From Anthoceros angustus (lineage: Eukaryota; Plantae; Anthocerotophyta): a stretch of DNA of 64,000 bases. Below the pieces are notes generated by a model that saw only the letters and a program-made list of their open reading frames with translations, had not been told where the DNA came from and ran no database searches. Numbering within the stretch: the first letter of the stretch is position 1; the number at the start of each line of letters is the position of its first letter. The translations under genes and the position numbers were made by a program. Positions 11,901 to 23,675 of the stretch are shown here, piece by piece. The stretch is taken from NCBI GenBank assembly GCA_010909165.1, contig VJWM01000134.1, forward strand, positions 372,001-436,000. The letters run 5' to 3'.

Positions 11901-12819
11901 ATATCTATGCGTCCAAATATACAGGTACTATATTGAGTTAATTGCTATGGATTAATATCTATCATTTTTAATTTTTCCCTCCATGGAGAAAAACCTTTCA
12001 TCTTTGAAATACATATGCAAAGTGACATATTTTTGCTAATGTGACAAACTGAGCTCATTTGCTGAGTTTTTAGACTCATATAATTTGCCGAGTTCTTAAA
12101 CTCGTATTATCGCTCATCGTCTATCCGAGACGAGAGCAGGCGAAGAAGGCCAGTGAAGTGCATTGGCAAAACGGGAAAAAGAAAAAGAAACCCTACATAT
12201 ATATGGTTAGGTTGCATTGGAAATTTGGCTGTCCAGCACATTTGGCCACATGCTTCTCTCTGCTTGTAAGTTTCTTGTTGTGTTGCACTTGTCAGCATAG
12301 CGATGGCAGGGATACCATAAGGCTTTACCACATGCTCCTAAAGAAGCAACACAAGTAACATAAGACTTGGATCCATTGCGACAACCAGTTGCTCACAGCC
12401 ATAGGCACGTAGAGCACTATCCGTGATACACATCCTAGGAGAAATAGTATTGCCTGCTGACAGGTCTCATTCCACCAGAAAGTAGGCAGATTTGCATCCC
12501 CGTTGCTGACAAACCGAACTCTAACTGAATGGCTGTGTCAAATCCAGATTCTGCAGCCCGATCTGCTCCTCCCTCCATATTCCCTGCTTGCAATGGACGT
12601 GACAATTCCAAGGCCAAGCCTTGATTGCTGGTTCTGAGTCCGTGCGTTAACCCCAGACCACCTAAACAATTTAGCTCTGCATTTCGACGTCCAAAAATAT
12701 ATTACGAGCCCACTCTTTCGTGCCTATTATACACGATTCACGGCAGGAGTTATAAATAGTCTGCCGATGTCCATCGTCTCCATCGTTTCTTGTATAAAAA
12801 CTTCTCAGTTCTAAACTGC

Positions 12820-13902
12820 TCAATGACCTTCCTCAGTCCCCTGACTTGAAAACAAATCCTTGAACAGAACTGCAACGTCTGCTGCGGAATTCCAAGGATG
12901 AACATGGCATTTGACACCATCACTTGCATCAAGGAGCTTCGACAGGGGGAACCTGCGGAGCAAAAGTCAGAACGCTGATGCCATCTTAAGTTGTAGCTCA
13001 AAGAAGAAGCAGGAAGAAGTGTTGTACCCTGATCGTGGAAGAACATAATCATTTTCTTTGAGACGCAACGCAGGACAGAAATCTCCTCTGCCATCTCCCA
13101 GATACACCACCTGCTTTCTGGTTGGAAGGTGAGCATTGTCCAGGATTTTACCCATTATTAGACCCTAATCGGCCGAGGAAACTTAGTTAGCTGTAGATAC
13201 AGTGCAGTTGACACACTTCTCAGTTGCCTGCTTGACGTGAGATCAGCTACCTTGCACATATTCGGTGGACACAGCGGACAATTGTGAGGCAGGTCGCTGC
13301 AGGGATGAAACGGAAGGATCCGCAAAACCCCACTTGGATCCACATGGGCAGGGTTGGTATGTATCTGAGAGAACAGATGTCTGATACCGTGGGCCTGAAG
13401 AATGGTGTCAATAAACCACGAATTTGCGTCGCTTACTATCTGCAGCTCACACCTGGATCAGGCACTGTTCCCGCAAATAAGAGTCACCACGGTTTAGCCA
13501 TGCGCGGCAAACGACATCAAGCAATGTAAACCACCAGTCTTGCATGTTTAAAGCAATTTTCACCCCAAGCTGCTGCGAATTGGACTGCTTCCAGCATTGC
13601 TGGATGCAGTGGACAAGTCTTTAAGCACTCCTCAAAGTCCGAAAGACTTCGTCCACTGTTATGCAGCTCAGTCACCATTTTATCCTACACGGTTCAGCAC
13701 ATGGGATTCAGTGTACAACGAAGCATCTGAAACATACAGTTTTAACCCAGCAAAAGCACTTGCAGACCATCAATGCAGTCCAGGGAAGAACGTCTCTCAG
13801 AGATTTCATGAGCTCCCAAGAACCAAGCTTCTTCACCAGCCAGGTATCACTGTTGCAGTCAATCAAAGTGTGATCGAAGTCAAACACAACGAGCTTCTCC
13901 AT
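12820..13902 (-). CDS. HAD-family putative phosphatase (PPsPase1/PECP1-like), 5 exons, copy 2
   Basis: Same motifs as copy 1. The last junction (tca gg|gtac...gcag|g ttc ccc ctg) restores the frame to SGFPLSK...EEGH*. Confidence 0.85.
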
Positions 13903-15049
13903 TCTACGGTTACGTTGCCTGCCCTCAGTCACCAGATTAGAAGCTTGCAAGCGGGCACCCTGCTTCCCAACGAGCAAGCACCTCTGACTGCAAAGGGCTG
14001 TCGGCTTCCATATCTGAAACCTAGAGCTTTGAACCCACATAACCCCAGGAAGCCTTGCATCTAGAGAGTGACGGCCTGAAAACGGGCGTGAGAGATGCTG
14101 GGCCGCTCATGAGCTGAAGCAAAAGCCGGCGCTTTGTTTAGGGCTGGTCTCCATGGTCACCTGCTGACATGCTGCATACCAACGTTGAAACACACGTGGC
14201 TGCTCGATATTTTTAAAATATTATAGATATTAAGGGTATACGGCCTATTGAAGGTTGCTCTTAACATTGTTAGTTTAGGGCAGCCTGCAATATGCCCTAT
14301 ATCCTTTACAAAAGTGCTTAGGAGTAATTCGCCCAAGACCTTACGTATCAAAGCTACACTATGCACAAAGCAATCACACAACACATGCAAGTCACTATGG
14401 TATGCCCTTGGGTTGGCAGAATTTGCAATTTCTTTCAACTAGGTCCCAATGACAAATTCTATGACTCCAATGACATGTGCATTGATCGTCTCATTCTCAC
14501 ACCATTCGATATTAATGGGGCCCGTCTATTGATATGTGCTAGTCGTTCATACTTGAGTTTATGAACAATCGGATGCTGAAAACCCAGCCTATATTTAAGT
14601 GCAAAGTGGATGTGCATCTTGAGAACTTTAATCCAACTTTTGGAGGATCTCGCACACTTTATCAACGAAGATATCACTTGACACAACAAAATAAAATAAA
14701 ACTTCATCAACTTATTTCAAGAATAACATTAAGGGTCTACAAAAATTTTCAACATCTTGAGTCAAAGGCAACGTTTCACCAACACACTCATACTTTCCTA
14801 TCACCAACATTAAATATATACTACCAAAATTCTCTAGGAGTTGGTTGGCTCTAATGTCCGACCCTATACGCGACTCCATCTAAACAGGTTATCGTAAACT
14901 TTCGACGATCGGTGGCTGGAACGCCATCCAAGGTCATGAAAGGGATGGAGGCATGTCGCCTTCATCCCGCTTGCCTTGAAAATATATCACACTTTGCTCT
15001 TTTAAGGACCTTGATGAGTTTATCAAGTCCTTGGACATTTATGTCTTCG

Positions 15050-16019
15050 CTAAAAGGGTCTTTTCCAATCTCTTTCCCTTCGTCTAGCAAAATTAATCAA
15101 TTGTTGATTTTGTAATAAGGAAAACAAGACTTTATTATAAAGAAGAGATGGGAAAAACCCATCCACCCAAAACAAAGGGGAAAAACCCAATGAAGGGCAC
15201 CATGCCGGGACTAGCCCCACGATCATGCATTTGAAAACTACCAACCAAGAACTTCGTGGTCGTGGATGTGAAAAGGCCTACTTACCACCGGTGTCGAAGA
15301 AGTTGCATCTCCGCTACATTGTTCTATATAATGTTAGCCGCGCCCTCTGCAGAGCGATGGAAACCCTCTGCCGGAAGAAAGCAACAAGAAAGGGGGAGGC
15401 CAACCTCATTCCTGTGGCTATGATAAGCCTTGGCGCAGGCCTTGACAAACTTAGAGAAATCCTTGCCCGTGGCTCCATGAGTCTCAATGGCAAGGGGGAC
15501 GAAGGCATGGCCGTCCTGCATAGGAGAGTACTTGTGGACCTTAGCCGTCGCGCATCCCTCTGCCGCCCACATACTTTTGATTTCGTACAAAGTATGAAAT
15601 TTGAAGATTAATATAGGTATGCCACCATCCTCCTGTACAATAATCATAAACTTTTGATTTGGTGGATATTCTAGAGGAAACCTTGAGTTGTTCCACTTTG
15701 ACCATTCTCGCTTACAAGTAAGCAGTCCGGAGAAAAGGAGCGCTTCCCACAATGTATGAGATTTGTTACGTACGAAGTTGGTGTAGTAAAATTTTGTCAC
15801 GTTCTGTAAGGTAGTCAAAGTGATTGCAATTAATAGTTCCTTACTAATTATATCAAGATCGTGGTCCTCGTGCTCTTTATGAATAGGCATCACTTTAATT
15901 ATTTCATTATTGAACATAAATACTTTTGCAGAGGTGCCTTCATCTATCTTAACCACATAATCAGACCTTGGAGGAGGAGGTGCAATGTTGTTCATGTAGG
16001 CAGCTTTCTTCACCATCAT
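15050..16019 (-). pseudogene. Haspin-like kinase type B copy 2, N-lobe fused in frame to LINE endonuclease tail
   Basis: ORF 15324-16019: ...FHTLYEIKSM|WAAEGCATAKVHKYSPMQDGHAFVPLAIETHG. Confidence 0.8.
15107..15570 (-). mobile_element. RLE-type LINE 3' fragment (duplicate of 7456-7935)
   Basis: FVPLAIETHG and RQRVSIALQR motifs. Confidence 0.7.
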
Positions 16020-16300
16020 TTACATTTTTATACTTGGAAAAATGTAATAAAAAAGTTAAGTTGAGAATTAAGTGGTGATAATGCTTTCTTTCACTAGCTT
16101 CCTAACGACCTTAAAGTTTAGATTGTGTTTAGGCTTTAAGAGTCAAACCTTATTTATATTCTTAGGGTTCACTCATCTTGAATCCTTTTCTCTAGCACTA
16201 ATTGGGTTTCAAATTAATTAAACTCCTGATTTCATCCCTGATTCCAATGATCAATTAATGTTGTTCATCAACTGATGAACTAATTTACTCCATTGGGTAC

Positions 16301-16607
16301 TCAGACATATTCAATTCGTTCTTTATTGTTCATTTGTCTAAATAGGCATGTTTTCGACATAGTGGCATGTAAATATCTTCACCTCCAACAATGATATGGG
16401 TTAACAATTTTCCAATTCTATGTGTGCATAGTGCTACTTAATGTACATTTGGCTAACAATTTTCTATTCTATCGGCTAATGGAATCAATTGTAATAACTT
16501 TCCAAATGGTTTTTGACAGCTATCCCCATCCAATCCTGCCATTATTTTTTTTTTCTTTTATGTCAGGCTGACTCTTCACAAAATTCTATCAAATCACAGA
16601 AGAATTG
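16301..16607 (-). pseudogene. Thymidine kinase C-terminal half, copy 3
   Basis: Near-identical to copies 1 and 2. Confidence 0.8.
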
Positions 16608-17239
16608 AGTGAAACAGTCGATGCGAGCCAGGCCATTCGCGTCATTCACACACGACCATCTCAAAACCGAAGCCGTTATAGCTGGATAAGGCTGGACAAT
16701 GGGAACCCTTGGAGGTAAGGGTATTTTGGATTATAAATCAGCTGAAATAGTGGATAGGATAAATAGCTTAGGACGGTTAAATATGATAAATACCCTTTTA
16801 TGGTGTCAAAAGGGAAAAGAAACGTAACTAACCCCGTTAGAAATGCGAAACCCAACCCATAGAATAGCAAAACCAAGAAACTGCAAAACTGTTTTTCCCA
16901 TCTCTGTTTTATGATAAAGTCTTTTTTTTCCCTCTTTTTTATAACTCACTCTACAAAGTATTACTTAAAATGCTTGGGATAATGCAGGCCTCATAGACTC
17001 AAATTAATCAATCAAACATCGCAAATCAATGACCTCTTGAGTCATGACATCTATGTAAATAGATAAATTTATTTTTGTTATAAAAATATTTTTAATAAAT
17101 AAAAATCAATATTATATCTATAAAATTCTATAAAATTCTATAAAAATATTTTTTTATTAATTATAATTAAATACATAGTGCCAACAATCCGTAAGGGTAA
17201 TTAAATACATACTTTCAACAATCCCTAAGAATAATTAAA

Positions 17240-17348
17240 GAAAGAGACGATTTATTAAGGTGAAAGAACGATGGAAAGAGACCATCTAGGAAGGGACGGA
17301 AAATGGGGACCCGGGGTCGGAGTGAAGAGGAGCAACCAGCTCCTACCT
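17240..17348 (-). mobile_element. Duplicate of the short LINE 3'-end insertion with AGAATAATTAAA TSD
   Basis: TSD copies at 17228-17239 and 17349-17360. Confidence 0.75.
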
Positions 17349-17547
17349 AGAATAATTAAATACATGCCAAAGAATCCCTAAGCTCTAGTTGGTAGGCTCT
17401 AATGTTTGATCCTACAAGGGACTCCATCTAAACATGTTATAGTAAACTGTCGACGTTTGATGGCCGGAATGACATCTTAAGTCATGAAATATATATCACG
17501 CTTTGCCCTTATAAGGACTTCAAAGACTTGAACAAGTCTTTGGACAT

Positions 17548-18496
17548 TTAGGCTATCCACATGTCTTCGAAAAAAGGGTCTTTTGCAATCTCTTTTGTTG
17601 TGGTGTATAGTGTCATTCTTCTAGCAAAATTAATCAATTGTTGAAGGTCACATGGTGGCAATTCTTCATTTTTTATCTCTTGTTCAGTAACGACTTGGAC
17701 TAGATACTTTATCCATTGTGCATTGACCCTAGGACAACTCTTGTCCCAATGCGAGTCAACAATCTTATGCACTTGATTCCAAGTACGTTGCAGCCAATAA
17801 CTATCGGAGTGCGGTTTTGGTACATTCGTGAATAGCACTTCATTGTCAGCTTGAATACGAGAGAATCCAAAATCTATAATAGATGTCCTTAATCCATATG
17901 TTTTGATTCTTTTCTTTGTATTGTTTACTTTGTATAGTTGGGTACTATATTGAGGATGTCCTGTCGAGCTAGAAGAACATTTTAATATGAAGATGGCGAT
18001 GCTCAAACCCTTGTGCCTTTTGTGCCACGTGTAATGCGAGAGTCACTTGTAATAACATACTTTTGATTTCGTGCAAAGTATGAAATTTGAATGTTAATAT
18101 AGGAATGCCGCCATCCTCCTGTACAAGAATCATAAACTTTTGATTTGGTGGATATTCTAGAGGAAACCTTGAGTTGTTCCACTTTGACCATTCTCGCTTA
18201 CAAAGCGGTTAGGAGAAAAGGGCCTCCACAATGTATGAGATTTGTTACATACAAAGTTAGTGCATTGAAAGTCCGCCACGCTCGTAAGGTGGCCAAAGTG
18301 TTTGCAATTAATAGTTCGTCTGAATTATATCAAGATCGTGGTCCTCGTGCTCTTTACGAATAGGTATCACTTTAATTATTTCATTATTGAACATAAATAC
18401 TTCTGCAGAGGTTCCTTCATCTATCTTAACCACATAATCAGACCTTGGAGGAGGAGGTGCAATGGTGCTCATATTGGCAGCTTTCTTCAGCACCAT
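17548..18496 (-). pseudogene. Intronless haspin-like kinase type A copy 3
   Basis: ORFs 18308-18496 and 17548-18006 plus intervening sequence. Same motifs as copies 1 and 2. Confidence 0.85.
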
Positions 18497-18934
18497 TTTT
18501 ATTTTTTAACTCGCAAAAATGTAATCAGAAAGTTAAGTTAAGAATTAAGTGGTGAGAATGCTTTCTTTCACTAGCTTCCCACCGACCTTAAAGCTTAGAT
18601 TATGTTTAGGCTTTGAGAGCCAAGCCTTATTTATTTATTTTTGGCTTCGCTCCATTAAGAAAATTCTAATCTTAGAACTGTATGCAACCTTATTAAAAAC
18701 CTTTCGACCTATGACTAAATAAGAAACCTTTCATTCATAGGGCGATTAAGAATAATATCTATGCGTCCAAATATACAAGTACTATATTGAGTTAATTGCT
18801 ATGGATTAATATCTATCATTTTTTAATTTTTCCCTCCATGGAGAAAATTCCTTCATCTTTTCAAGACACAGGAACCTTTCATTCATAGGGGAACTAAGAG
18901 TAATATATATGCATCCAAATATGCAATGAATATC

Positions 18935-19425
18935 CGTGCACGTTGTGTTGCTGGAGCAGCGGCTTTGAAGGTCAAGAAATTCAGCGGGCTACAAGCAGAC
19001 CACCTTTTTTATTCCCGTTGCCCTAGAAACGTGTGGAGCTTTGGATGAGGACTTCGATAAATTTATCAAATCCTGCGCCAAAGTCTACCATGCCCACAGC
19101 ATGAGGCAGGGTTGTCCCTTTCCTACTTCACGGCCTTCTTTAGGCAACGTGTTTTCATTGCCCTTCAACGAGTTCTCGCAGCGGCGATTCTCCACAAAGC
19201 GGCGAGAGCAAGTGATGCACCCACCTCTTCTTTCGTTGTGTGCAGGCTGTTTACTCTTCCCGCACATGATATTGCTGGTACAATAGGTGATTTTAGGTAG
19301 AGAGCTTATGTGCTCTTTTTGACCTCAACCCTCGGGTTTCCTGCAACAGGTGATTTTAGGCAGGGAGCTTAGTTGCTCTTTTTTACCTCAACCCTCGTGT
19401 TTCCTTCTTTTAAATAATAAAAATA
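18935..19425 (+). mobile_element. RLE-type (CRE-like) LINE 3' fragment with a duplicated 3' UTR
   Basis: HLFIPVALETCG...FFRQRVFIALQR...IGDFR*. Then two ~60-bp aggtgattttagg... units and an A-rich end. Confidence 0.7.
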
Positions 19426-19972
19426 TTTATTACTATCCTAAACTATGGACGAATATCTGTCGAGTTTTATAGGTTTTCCTCCATGAAGAGAAAACATTTA
19501 TCATATAAAAGTATATCCAATGTGACAAAAGTTTTTAGGACACACCGAGACATATGCTGGGTTCTCAAAATCGTCTAATCGCTCATCGTCTATCCGAGAC
19601 GAGAGCAGGCGAAGAAGGCCAGTGAAGTGCATTGGCAAAACGGGAAAAGAGAAACAAACCCTACATATACATGGTTAGGTTGCATTGGAAATTTTTCTGT
19701 CCAGCACATCGGGCGCTCCTTTCTCCTTGCAAGTTACCTGTTGTGTTGCACTTGTTTGCATAGCAATGGCAAGGATACCATAAGCCTCAACCACATCCTC
19801 CTCAAAAAGCCACACAAGTAACGTAAGACTTGGGTCCTTCGCGGCAACCAGTTGCTCACAGCCATAGGCATGTACAGCTCTATCCATGATACACATGCCA
19901 GGAGAATTAGGGTTGCCTGCTGTCAGGTCTCATTCCACCAGGAAGTAAGCAGATTTGCATCCCGGTTGCTGA

Positions 19973-20107
19973 CAAACCGAACTCTGACTGAATGACTGTG
20001 TCCTTTCCAGATTCTGCAGCCTGATCTGCCACTCCCTCCATATTCCCGTCACAATCGCTCCTGATCTTGTTGAAGTGAAGTCAATCATTCAGTCAGAGTT
20101 CGGTTTG
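19973..20107. repeat. Perfect 23-bp inverted repeat with 89-nt spacer
   Basis: caaaccgaactctgactgaatga (19973-19995) is the reverse complement of tcattcagtcagagttcggtttg (20085-20107). Confidence 0.75.
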
Positions 20108-20444
20108 ATGAAGTCATCAGCAAAGCAGTTTCTGTCCAGCATTGTGGTTCGGAGAAGAGCCTCGGACTGGAAACGAGTGTTGGCTTCCATAGCTGACGCC
20201 TAGAGCTACGGAGCTACAGAATAGCCAGGGCAGCCTAGCACCTCGTCTGGCAACTGGCGTGAACGATACTCAGCCACTGAGGTCAAGTAAAGCTGAAGTT
20301 ACCCGTCGCCCTATTTCAGTTCTGCGCTACAATTTTTTGGCGGAGATGGTTACGGTAGCTGCAATCCACTGAACCCGTCTGCGATTTGGACAGCGAACGC
20401 AAGGGAGGAAGAATCGGTACCTGGAGGATCGGTGTGAAGGAGCC

Positions 20445-21016
20445 ATGAGTTCTGTGCAAGGATTAGTTGGTGGCGGTACAGCCAAGACACCCGCGGACTT
20501 TCTCAAATCCATCCGTGGACGGCCGGTGGTTGTGAAGCTCAACTCCGGGGTCGACTATCGAGGTACATGCTTCGCCTGATTCCTCCACCAGATTGCCCAC
20601 TGTATGACCTGACGGAAGAAGGCAATTTCAATATTGCAATGGCCGTCTTGTAGGAATTCTCGCCTGCCTTGATGGCTACATGAACATTGCCATGGAGCAG
20701 ACGGAGGAGTACGTGAACGGTCAGCTCAAGAACAAGTACGGGGATGCCTTCATCCGGGGAAACAATGGTGAGCTTCTACTCTCGGCTCGGTGTCTAGGGT
20801 TCTGAGGGAGCAACAACCGTATGGCTGCTGGCCTGCGCTTTCGTCTTCTCTTATACTGTTCATGCATGCTGATGTTTGCTTTCACTTGTGGTATGCGTGG
20901 TCTGTGCCCTTGATGCGTACTCATGCTTGTTTTGAGAGCTGTTGGTGCTGACTATCTCCCCTTCTCCTCCTGCAGTCTTGTACATTAGCACATCAAAACG
21001 GACGATGCAGGATTAG
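20445..21016 (+). CDS. LSM6: Sm-like protein LSM6, 3 exons
   Basis: Spliced translation MSSVQGLVGGGTAKTPADFLKSIRGRPVVVKLNSGVDYRG|ILACLDGYMNIAMEQTEEYVNGQLKNKYGDAFIRGNN|VLYISTSKRTMQD, with GT-AG introns. Confidence 0.95.
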
Positions 21017-21652
21017 GAGCCCATACCTGTACTGCATCCGCACAGCTGCCCACAAATTTGAAGTCACCACAACTATCATATTTGGTGGGAAACTATGTGA
21101 TCTTTCTTTCTGACAGGAGATTTCTGTGAGGAACTCCGTTTGATTCCTCAGTTTTGACGTAGGAAACAATTAGGTGGCCGCAATTCTAGAGTAGCAATTC
21201 CAGAGTATGGGAGTGGAAGGACGTAAACCGGCAGGTAGTTGGCTGACTTTGCAGTCCATTTACACTTATTACGATCAGTGGAAGCGTGATCTGAAGCATA
21301 GATATTTATGTAGCTGTGATATCCTCACCAAAGCTTTTGTCTAGATCTCAGGTCACAACTCTCTCGTCATAACACGAAAACGGTACAGACGTGTTCATTA
21401 TTGTCTATGAAAACAGTTGAGATTTTTTTGTCAAACACCTAGCTTAACAAAGGAGTAGTCCGCTTGTCTCACCAAAGCCAGTATATACGCAGATCGAAAG
21501 ATGCAAATGTAGCTCGAGAGTTCACCACCTGTACATCATAGCCTATTCTACCAGGCCACACCTCCTGTAATTACATAGCCATCACCCAGCTGCCCAATCA
21601 AATCTGCCCATTCAAAAGTGGAAAAAATATCTGATCACCTACAAACTCGTCT

Positions 21653-22435
21653 TCAGAAGAGGATGTCTCCAAGCAACAGACCACCAAGGATGCCGGTGGC
21701 AATGGCCCAAAAATTGTCCCTGTTGTGCCGCATCCTCTGTGGTTGCACAGGCACAGGATACTGGTAAGGGCCAGGGGCAGGAGCGTAGTAGGGCTTCGCC
21801 TCGCCAAAAGGTCCAGGAGGAAAGGCGTAGACAGGGGCTTGACCCGAAGCGGAAGCGCCGTGCACAGGATCCGCAGAATAAGGAGGAACAGGGTATGGTC
21901 CCGTCGGGTATCCCATGACTGGAATACCCTGAGCTGCCGCATCACCGTCTTTAGCTTGTTGCACAGGTGCTGACGGACTGGGATCCGGCCTGGGAAAATT
22001 GCCTCCCTGAAGCCGGACCGAAAACCTGATTGTGCCTTTCATCCTGCCGGAAGGCCGCTGCAGCCCAAGCTCGAAGATGTTGCCATCCTGGTTCCAGCTG
22101 GGAGTCTGGCTCATCCGCAGGACTTCGAAAAGAGGGAAGTAGGCAGTGCCGACGACGGAGTCGGAGAGGAGATCCTCGCTGCGCACCTGCAGGACGAGAT
22201 ACGCGTTGGGATCGTAGAGCACGGAGTCATGCACAGGTAGCGAGATGCAGTCGTTCCACACAGGGTTCCTCCCCGCCTTCTTCAGCACCCGAGTGCATCG
22301 CTTTGATGTTGCATCAACCCAAACCGCAACGTAGGTGCTCATCTTGCCCATGAAGCTCACATCCTTCAAATCCTCCGCAGCCATCACAGATAACTCAATT
22401 GTAGCCGGCTGCCAGCCACTGGTCGGAGCCGCCAT
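21653..22435 (-). CDS. C2-domain protein with Pro/Tyr-rich tail (SRC2/BAP-like), intronless
   Basis: IELSVMAAEDLKDV...YVAVWVD...TRVLKKAGRNPVWND...VGTAYFPL C2 signature. PYP-rich tail ending GILGGLLLGDILF. Confidence 0.9.
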   Translation of the reverse strand: MAAPTSGWQPATIELSVMAAEDLKDVSFMGKMSTYVAVWVDATSKRCTRVLKKAGRNPVWNDCISLPVHDSVLYDPNAYLVLQVRSEDLLSDSVVGTAYFPLFEVLRMSQTPSWNQDGNIFELGLQRPSGRMKGTIRFSVRLQGGNFPRPDPSPSAPVQQAKDGDAAAQGIPVMGYPTGPYPVPPYSADPVHGASASGQAPVYAFPPGPFGEAKPYYAPAPGPYQYPVPVQPQRMRHNRDNFWAIATGILGGLLLGDILF

Positions 22436-22974
22436 CTTGGATCGCGCTGGGTGGGTACCGAAAACCACCGCGGGAACTGACCGCCACAGAGCAGTTAGCT
22501 TCTTCCGACTGATCCCACGCCGCGAAAAGCACGCAAAGCAAAGCAACAGGCAGGTCGTCTCCAGCGAATGAATGGTGCAACCTGGTACAAGTCCCTTCGC
22601 CGCGCAGGAGTCCGCGTACCGGGAACCAGCTTCGCTGCTTCGGGCGCACCTATACATAGGAAGGAAAGGAAAAACAGTAATTAATGACCGGAATAAACAA
22701 CGCATCAGATGTGTACGCAACCTGAGAGATTCGATGTCTCGCGGGCAAACCTACGGAATACCGTTTGCAGATGCTCATACTTTTAAGAAAAAAATTATAT
22801 TTCAGCTATTTTTTCCCAATGTACTTTATTTTTTATAACTATAACTAAAATTTTCCCTCAAAAGCGTCTTCAATTCCTCAATTGCTTTTTGCTATGCAAT
22901 TTTAAAAATTTTCACACTTTTGATATATTCATAATATATTTGAGCACACTCTATACTTTATTTTGAGGTAACAT

Positions 22975-23059
22975 ACTTTATGTTCATATGATACACTATT
23001 AGAGATGTTTGTGCTAGACTTTATGTTCATATAATACACTACTAGAGATGGTTGTGCTA
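22975..23059. repeat. Two 43-bp tandem repeats
   Basis: actttatgttcatat.atacacta.tagagatg.ttgtgcta, starting at 22975 and 23018. Confidence 0.6.
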
Positions 23060-23505
23060 CACTTCGAAACAACGGGCATAGGATTAACCAGCGGTTAGTT
23101 ACCGAAGCTCCCCAACTATTACAGCCTGCATAGATGGAATAAAGGCATCACATGATTTTTATATATTAACGAGAGTATAATGTGTTTGAAGGTATGGAAC
23201 TATAGCATATGCATTATGAGGCAAAACAAGTCATAACCAAGCAAAACAAGCATGCAAAACAAATCTAATATGCAAGTATGACTTTTTGTTTGGTTATGAC
23301 TTGTTTTGCTTGGTTATGACTTTTGGTTATATTTTTTCTTTGCTCCGGACTAGAATAGCATTTTCAATTCTTCCCACCTGTCCTCATTCCGGTAGACGCT
23401 TTGTTATTGGTTCTGCTCTTCCTTCCACTGACATCCTTAACTTCTCCCCTTTTCCAAGTTGTCCACCGGCCTGCCTCGTTAATTACACCCTTTGCTGTGC
23501 TCCCC

Positions 23506-23675
23506 CTTTGAGGAGGACTCTACAGTTGGTGCTTGGGCAGAGGTAGCATGGGAGCAAGCACCTTTGCAAGTCAACTAGCTTGAGCTCACCCTCTGAGGAG
23601 GACTCTGCAGTTGGTGCTTGGGCAGAGGTAGCATGGGAGCAAGCACCTTTGCAAGTCAACTAGCTTGAGCTCACC
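23506..23675. repeat. Two 85-bp tandem repeats
   Basis: ct(t/c)tgaggaggactct...gagctcacc, starting at 23506 and 23591. Confidence 0.8.
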
